Under the pieces are notes generated by a model. It was not told the origin of the DNA, did no database searches, and saw only the letters and a list, made by a program, of their open reading frames with translations. A DNA stretch of 64,000 bases from Rhodothermales bacterium. GTDB lineage: Bacteria > Bacteroidota > Rhodothermia > Rhodothermales > VXPQ01. This document shows positions 58,227 to 64,000 of the stretch, piece after piece. Numbering within the stretch: the first letter of the stretch is position 1; each line of letters begins with the position of its first letter. The DNA is taken from positions 78,439 through 142,438 of the forward strand of contig JBBDTI010000030.1 in NCBI GenBank assembly GCA_040904565.1. Reading direction: 5' to 3'. Both the position numbers and the translations under genes were made by a program.

Positions 58227-59522
58227 TCACCCAATCACCGCCACGCCCGCTCTCCCAACGCGTTCCAGCTCCTGCGTGGCGCGGTCGGCGGCGGCGTCTT
58301 TCGTGATGACGCGCTGCAGGCGTCTCGCGCTCGCGCGGAAGGACGGTTCCTCCAGCACGCGGTGTACGGCGGAGCGGATCCGCCCGGGCTTCGCGCTCGG
58401 CTTCAGGCGCAGTCCGACGCCCTTCGTCAAAACGCGTGCGGCGTTGTCGTTCTGGTCCCGTCCCATCGGGAGGCAAACGAGCGGCAGGCCGTGGGCGAGC
58501 GCCCGCATCACGGTGCCGTGCCCGGCGTGCGTCACGACCGCGTCGGCGTGGGGGAAAACCTGCGTGTGCGGCACGGACGGCATCGTCACGACGTTGGGCG
58601 GCACGTCGAAGGTTTCGCCGGACATGGCCGGGCCGAGGGTGACCAGCCCGCGCACCTCGAGACGTCCGAGCGCCGTGATCGTCCGCTGCAGGACGCCGTG
58701 CTGGTTCTGCGGCGTCGACGAGACGCTGACGACGACCAGGGGGCGTTCATCCCCATCCGGCCACGGGTCGTTCCAGGTGCCGGACGTCCAGTCCGGGTCG
58801 TCGAGCACCGGACCGACGTAGCGGACGTTCTCCGGCGCGGGCGTGATGGGGAAGTCGAAGGCCTCGCAGGTCTGGATCAGCCGCAGGTCGGCCTCGTGGT
58901 AGACGTCGAGGATTTCCTTGCCGCTCGAGATCGGCGCCAGGCCGACCGCCCGGCGCGCCTCGTTAAAGACATCCACACGTTTGTCGAGCCGTCCGTAAAA
59001 CATCCGGATGAAAAGGCCATCGCGGAGGTGGCCGATCCAGTCCTCCCGCGGGAGAAAGCCCGGCCCGGCAGCCGGCCGTCCGGGACCCGGGAGGTACTCG
59101 GGCATGTGGAACAGTACGACGCGCGGCAGCCCGGCTGCTTCACCGGCGAGCAGCGCGCCGACCATGTTGAGATCCACCACGAGCACGTCCGGCGACCGTT
59201 CGCGAATTGTCGCAAGCGTCTCCTCGGCCACGATGCGGCTCGGCCCGAACATGAGATTGTCGAACGCGCGCTCGAGCCGTCCCAGCGGAGACTTCGCTTC
59301 GGAGTCCCGCACGAGATCTTCGGTGCGGTCCGTCCGCGTGAAGTGCTGCGTGAACGGGACGAATCGGGCGCCGATCTCCTCGACCGGCTGCCTCAGGCAG
59401 GGCTCCGTGAGGACGGTGACGCGGTGGCCGCGGCTGGCGAGCCGCCGGGCCGAGCCGAGGACGGGCGCGACGTTGCCGCCGCCTTCCCAGGTTACGTAGA
59501 GATAGGAGCGAGAGGCTTCCAT
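58227..59522 (-). CDS. GT1 family UDP-glycosyltransferase (MGT-like)
   Basis: WEGGGNVAP, VPHTQVFPHADAVVTHAGHGT, LPMGRDQNDNA. Confidence 0.9.
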   Translation of the reverse strand: MEASRSYLYVTWEGGGNVAPVLGSARRLASRGHRVTVLTEPCLRQPVEEIGARFVPFTQHFTRTDRTEDLVRDSEAKSPLGRLERAFDNLMFGPSRIVAEETLATIRERSPDVLVVDLNMVGALLAGEAAGLPRVVLFHMPEYLPGPGRPAAGPGFLPREDWIGHLRDGLFIRMFYGRLDKRVDVFNEARRAVGLAPISSGKEILDVYHEADLRLIQTCEAFDFPITPAPENVRYVGPVLDDPDWTSGTWNDPWPDGDERPLVVVSVSSTPQNQHGVLQRTITALGRLEVRGLVTLGPAMSGETFDVPPNVVTMPSVPHTQVFPHADAVVTHAGHGTVMRALAHGLPLVCLPMGRDQNDNAARVLTKGVGLRLKPSAKPGRIRSAVHRVLEEPSFRASARRLQRVITKDAAADRATQELERVGRAGVAVIG

Positions 59523-59582
59523 GACGTTTCGGGTTGGTATTAATGAGGGTGTGGGAGTGCCTATTGGGTCGGGAGGTGCGAA

Positions 59583-60179
59583 TCACGAAATCAATCCATC
59601 CAAGAGCATCCGGGTCGTGCGTTTCGTCTCCTCAGCGGACCGGCCGAGATCGCGTCGAAGCAGCTTCCAGACGTAGAGATCGGTCGCCGCGACGAAGGCG
59701 TCCACGCGCCGTTCGTACGTCTCGTGCTCGGGCGGGGGCAGGTAGGGGCAAAAGACGCGCGTACACCATTTGCGGTGCTCGATGCGGCCTCTCTCCGTGA
59801 TTGCCTTCGCGGCGTCGAGCCTGTCTTCCAGCGCCAGGGTACGCAGGACGGCGTCGCCGTCGCGTTCGTAGTGGCTGATGAGCGTCTCGACGGCCGCCTC
59901 GAGGTCGCCTGCCGGCGTGCGATCGCGCTCGACCCGCACGCCGCCCGCGTCGCTCTCGATGCATGCGTCAAAGACGCCCTCCTTCGATCCGAATCTTCGG
60001 ATCACCGTCTGCACGGACACGTCCGCCCGATCGGCGATCTCCCGCAGCGTGATCTCGTCGAGCGCTTTCTCGCGCCATAGCGCCACCGTGGCGGCGAGGA
60101 TGTCACGGCCCGTCTGAGCCGCCGCTTCCGCGCGCGCCGTCATGCGATAGGGTCGGGGCGATGAAGATTCCATATTCAT
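59583..60179 (-). CDS. TetR family transcriptional regulator
   Basis: ITLREIADRADVSVQTVIRRFGSKEG. Confidence 0.92.
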   Translation of the reverse strand: MNMESSSPRPYRMTARAEAAAQTGRDILAATVALWREKALDEITLREIADRADVSVQTVIRRFGSKEGVFDACIESDAGGVRVERDRTPAGDLEAAVETLISHYERDGDAVLRTLALEDRLDAAKAITERGRIEHRKWCTRVFCPYLPPPEHETYERRVDAFVAATDLYVWKLLRRDLGRSAEETKRTTRMLLDGLIS

Positions 60180-60215
60180 ATTAATGACGTTAACATTAAT
60201 ATAAAGAAAAGTCAA
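60178..60215 (-). promoter_or_regulatory. Sigma70-like promoter overlapped by a TetR operator palindrome
   Basis: Minus strand TTGACT-N17-TAACGT; perfect inverted repeat ATATTAATG-N7-CATTAATAT at 60178-60202. Confidence 0.7.
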
Positions 60216-60495
60216 GATGTTCTTGCCGCGTTCCATTAAAGGGCGCTGCCACGAACGCCACCTCGTCCCTTCGGAGGTGATGTTCGGCCCCTGTCGACAA
60301 TCGAGAACGGCACCGGATTCCCTGGTGCGGGAGAAATGATCGAAGAATGGTGCGCCAGAATAACCATCTATCGGCGAGAAGGGCGGCAGCGAACCAACGA
60401 ACGCACTTTCACCGTATATTAAAACTCTGGGATCAACCTATACCGTTTTCCCGCGACGGCTGGCATCGTCATCTCGGCACCAGACAGGAGGCGTT

Positions 60496-63039
60496 ATGGT
60501 CGGGCAGTCCGTGTCGCATTACCGAATCGTCGACCACCTCGGGCAGGGTGGTATGGGCGTCGTCTACCGTGCTGAGGACACTCGGCTGAAGCGTCCTGTC
60601 GCGCTCAAATTCTTCCCATCTGATCTCGCGGATGATCCCGAAGCCGTCACGCGGTTCGAGCGCGAGGCTCGAGCGGCGTCGGCGCTCGATCATCCAAATA
60701 TCTGCACCGTCTACGAGGTCGACGAGACCGATGAAGGGCGCACGTTTATTGCGATGGCGTGCTACGACGGCACGACGCTCAAATCGCGGATAGAGGACGG
60801 ACCGCTTTCCCTTGCCGAAATCGTACGCATTGGGACTCAGATCGCCGACGGACTCGCGGAGGCCCACCGAAAGGACATCGTCCACCGGGATCTCAAGCCG
60901 GCGAACGTGATGATCACCCCGGACGGAGTCGTAAAGATTCTCGATTTCGGGCTTGCGCTTCTCGCCGGTGAGAGCCGTATTACGAAGTCGAATGCCGTTG
61001 CCGGCACGCCGTCTTATATGGCGCCCGAACAGGTTCGTGGGGAGGAGGCCGATCACCGCGCGGACATCTGGGCGCTCGGCGCGATGCTGTATGAAATGGC
61101 AGTGGGAAAACCGGCGTTTACGGGCGAGTACGTCGAGGCCGTAATATACCAGGTCATGCACGGGGAGGTAACGATTCCCTCAGACGTCGACGAGGGATTG
61201 GCGGACATCATTCGGTGCTGCCTACGCAAAGATCCGGCGGACCGCTTCGAGTCGGCAGCCGCCGTTCGCGAGGCCATCCAGTCGCTGGTACGTTCGTCCG
61301 AGCGGGACGCCGGGCACCGGAAGCGCGCGTCTGCCTCGCTGGTTGCAGCCGGATTCGCCGTGGTCGTCCTTTTCGCCGTCGGCATCGGGCGGTTTCCGTC
61401 GGAAGCGCTGACCGGGTGGCTCTTCCCGGGACCGAAGATCGAGCAGCGGCACATCGCGGTTTTGCCGATGCGCGTGATAAGCTCGATGGTCCAGGCCGAC
61501 GTGTATGGGCGAGGACTCATGGAGGTGCTCACCAGCAAGCTGACGCAGCTGGAGCCCTATTCCGAGTCGTCCTATTGGGTCGTTCCGACGAGCGAAATAC
61601 TGGAACGCGAAGTCGCCAGCGCGAGCGAAGCCAGAAAGGTGTTCGGTGCCAACTACGTAATCGATGCGCTGGTACAGCACGACGCGTCGAACGTCCGCCT
61701 GACGCTCAATCTGATCGATGCGGAATCGCTGCGCCAGATCGATACGTGGACTGGAGACTTTACCGATGCATCGACGACGGCGATCCAGGACGAGGCGGCG
61801 CTGCGCGTCGCCGAGATGCTGATGATGAGTGCCGGGGACGATGTCCGTGACGATATCCGGAGGGCCGGCACGGCGGACATCGGCGCCAATGAGTACTACA
61901 TCCAGGGACGCGGCTATCTGCAGCGATTTGATAATGCGTCGAACATCGAGACCGCTATCTCGCTTTTTCATAGAGCACTGGCCCAGGATCCCAACTTCAT
62001 TCTCGCTGCTGCAGGCCTCGCGGAGGCACACTGGCGGATGTACGAGGCAACCAGAGACGTCGCCTTTGCGGACAGCGCCCTCGTTTACGGAAGAAGCGTC
62101 GAGAGCCGGCGCGATCTACCCGCCCCGGTGTACGCGGCGCTGGGGCTCGTCTACGAGGGTACCGGACGGACCCAGCTGGCGCTGGAGACCTTCGATCGGG
62201 CCCGCCGGCTCGACCCGAATAATGTCGACGCGCTACGCGGTCAGGCGTCGGCTCTGGCTGCGCTCGGGCGGATGGCCGAGGCCGAGGCAGCCTACCTGGA
62301 GGCGATCCGCCGCAGGCCCGACTACTGGGCGGGCTATCACGGGCTGGGCATTTTCTACTACGGCCAGGGCGAGCTGGATAAGGCGATAGAGCAGTTCCTG
62401 CACGAAATCGAGTTGACTCCTGACAACGCGCGTGCCCACAGCAGCCTGGGCGGCCTGTATTTCAATATCGGTGAATGGGATCGGTCGGAGCGCTACCTGC
62501 AGCGCTCCATCGAACTGCGTCCTTCCTACCGCGCCTATTCGAACCTGGGCACCCTCTATTTTCACCGCGGAGAACTCGACAAGGCGGCCGCGATGTTTCG
62601 AAAGGCCCTGGATATCCAGTCGACCGACTATAATGTATGGGCCTACCTGGCGACGGCGTATCGATTTTCGAGCCAGCCCGACTCTTCCAGGCGTGCGTTT
62701 CGCCGGTCCGTTGAGCTCGCCGAGGAACGGCTCGATCTCGTACCTGGTGACGCCGCGGCGAGCGTTTCGATCGTCATGAGCAAGGCCGCGCTGGGGCGAG
62801 ATGCTGAGGCGCTGCGAGAGCTGGAAGAGATCCTGCCGACGGATGCGTCGAATGAATCGTTGGCCTATTCGATCGCCCAGAGCTACGAAATCCTCGGCCG
62901 CCGTGATGAAGCGATCCGGTGGATCAACGAGGCGCTCGAACACGGACTGAATCCCGCGTATCCGCAACGTAACGTTTGGCTCACGGACCTCCGTAGGGAC
63001 CCGGATTTTGCGCTGAACCTGTCGACCCAACAACGCTAA
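60496..63039 (+). CDS. Hanks-type Ser/Thr protein kinase with TM segment, TolB-N-like domain and TPR repeats
   Basis: GQGGMG, VALK, HRDLKPAN, DFG, YMAPE; IAVLP; multiple TPRs. Confidence 0.93.
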   Translation: MVGQSVSHYRIVDHLGQGGMGVVYRAEDTRLKRPVALKFFPSDLADDPEAVTRFEREARAASALDHPNICTVYEVDETDEGRTFIAMACYDGTTLKSRIEDGPLSLAEIVRIGTQIADGLAEAHRKDIVHRDLKPANVMITPDGVVKILDFGLALLAGESRITKSNAVAGTPSYMAPEQVRGEEADHRADIWALGAMLYEMAVGKPAFTGEYVEAVIYQVMHGEVTIPSDVDEGLADIIRCCLRKDPADRFESAAAVREAIQSLVRSSERDAGHRKRASASLVAAGFAVVVLFAVGIGRFPSEALTGWLFPGPKIEQRHIAVLPMRVISSMVQADVYGRGLMEVLTSKLTQLEPYSESSYWVVPTSEILEREVASASEARKVFGANYVIDALVQHDASNVRLTLNLIDAESLRQIDTWTGDFTDASTTAIQDEAALRVAEMLMMSAGDDVRDDIRRAGTADIGANEYYIQGRGYLQRFDNASNIETAISLFHRALAQDPNFILAAAGLAEAHWRMYEATRDVAFADSALVYGRSVESRRDLPAPVYAALGLVYEGTGRTQLALETFDRARRLDPNNVDALRGQASALAALGRMAEAEAAYLEAIRRRPDYWAGYHGLGIFYYGQGELDKAIEQFLHEIELTPDNARAHSSLGGLYFNIGEWDRSERYLQRSIELRPSYRAYSNLGTLYFHRGELDKAAAMFRKALDIQSTDYNVWAYLATAYRFSSQPDSSRRAFRRSVELAEERLDLVPGDAAASVSIVMSKAALGRDAEALRELEEILPTDASNESLAYSIAQSYEILGRRDEAIRWINEALEHGLNPAYPQRNVWLTDLRRDPDFALNLSTQQR

Positions 63040-63062
63040 CCCCCATAACCAGACCCACCGGA

Positions 63063-63551
63063 ATGATGAAAGATCAGCAGAAGCCAAACCAGGCAGCCCC
63101 GGGCGATGCAAGCCAGAAGAAAGGGGCTACGTCCGACCCAACGAAAAAGGTGTCGATCCATCGGGCAGGAGCCAACACGTATCGGGCTGACCCCACGCGC
63201 GGACGCCAGCAACCAGATGGCGAGGTGACATTCGATAACCAGACGGGCGATGACGTCCAGCTCGCCTTTGCCATAGACGGGACCGCCAGGACGCCCTTTG
63301 GCGGAAGTCAGCCGTATTCGGTACCAGGAAACGGCTCCCTCCCCTTGATCGTCCGATCCGACGCCGACAAAGGTACGTACGACTATACCATTACGAAGGC
63401 TGCGCTCGCGGGCGGGCCGCCGGCGGAAGGCGGCGTACCGGAGGAATCCCCGGCTGAATCGGAAGAGGGCCAGGAATATTCCTCGCGCGCCATGGCCTTC
63501 GCCAAAACCGCTCCCGATGGAGGGATTAACCCGGAGATGATCATTTTTTGA
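63063..63551 (+). CDS. Hypothetical small beta-rich protein downstream of the kinase
   Basis: 162 aa; beta-strand pattern EVTFDNQTGDDVQLAF...TPF...GTYDYTIT; C-terminal NPEMIIF. Confidence 0.6.
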   Translation: MMKDQQKPNQAAPGDASQKKGATSDPTKKVSIHRAGANTYRADPTRGRQQPDGEVTFDNQTGDDVQLAFAIDGTARTPFGGSQPYSVPGNGSLPLIVRSDADKGTYDYTITKAALAGGPPAEGGVPEESPAESEEGQEYSSRAMAFAKTAPDGGINPEMIIF

Positions 63552-63592
63552 AGCTCGCTCGAGCAGGGCTCCTTAGAGACACGCCTGCCGAA

Positions 63593-64000
63593 TCAAAACC
63601 CCCGATCGATTCCCGGTACCCATCGCACGGCGTTCTCGTAGAGCACCTTGCGTAGAACGGAGTCGGGGAGTGCGAGCCCCCGCACGGAATAGTCTCCGTT
63701 CTCGATCGGGAGATCCGTCGCGTAGTACGCGAAGTCCGTGCGATACCGTTGAAGCAGCCGGCTCTTCGCCTCCGCTATCCCTGCAGCCGACATCCGCTCG
63801 TCGAACCGCGACATGTCGATCAGATACGGGGTCGGGACGAGGCCGGCGGAAATATCGGCCCCGTAGAGGATACGGTCCTGGTAGCGAAGAAAGAAGGAGC
63901 GGACCTTCTCGCGTGCCTGACCCATGAGCTTTTCAGTGGCAAATGCATGAAATAAGGGGAGGCGATCGATGAGCGAATCCGGCGGTTTCAATCGACCCGG
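63593..64000 (-). CDS. Amidohydrolase_2 family protein, C-terminal part only
   Basis: FFLRYQDRILYGAD...GLALPDSVLRKVLYENAVRW. Confidence 0.7.
   Translation of the reverse strand, partial: PGRLKPPDSLIDRLPLFHAFATEKLMGQAREKVRSFFLRYQDRILYGADISAGLVPTPYLIDMSRFDERMSAAGIAEAKSRLLQRYRTDFAYYATDLPIENGDYSVRGLALPDSVLRKVLYENAVRWVPGIDRGF

Overview
GC-rich bacterial DNA, most likely Rhodothermota or another Bacteroidota-Chlorobi relative: one protein ends in a type IX secretion (T9SS) C-terminal sorting domain. It reads as an accessory, decaying region. The left end holds three paralogous modular exported proteins built from PKD, Kelch, malectin, Ig-like and PQQ-sugar-dehydrogenase-like propeller modules. These are followed by an IS3 scar, an orphan histidine kinase, an iorAB-like molybdoenzyme pair, several toxin-antitoxin modules and two P-loop ATPase genes. 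The rest carries glycan and sulfate scavenging genes (sulfatases, PhoD-like, FAD oxidoreductase, tannase, amidohydrolases), a degenerate IS91/ISCR element with an intact IS3 inserted next to its origin, a miniature second ISCR copy, a TetR-GT1 module and a Ser/Thr kinase-TPR gene. The most unexpected signal is that both ATPase genes sit directly behind strictly periodic repeat arrays (4 x 23-bp period and 4 x 14-bp period) resembling iterons or operators. Also notable are about a dozen genes inactivated by internal deletion, frameshift or nonsense codons, and an apparent ATT start codon on the leftmost large gene. No rRNA, tRNA or CRISPR array was recognised. All calls come from motif recognition by eye; no database searches were run.
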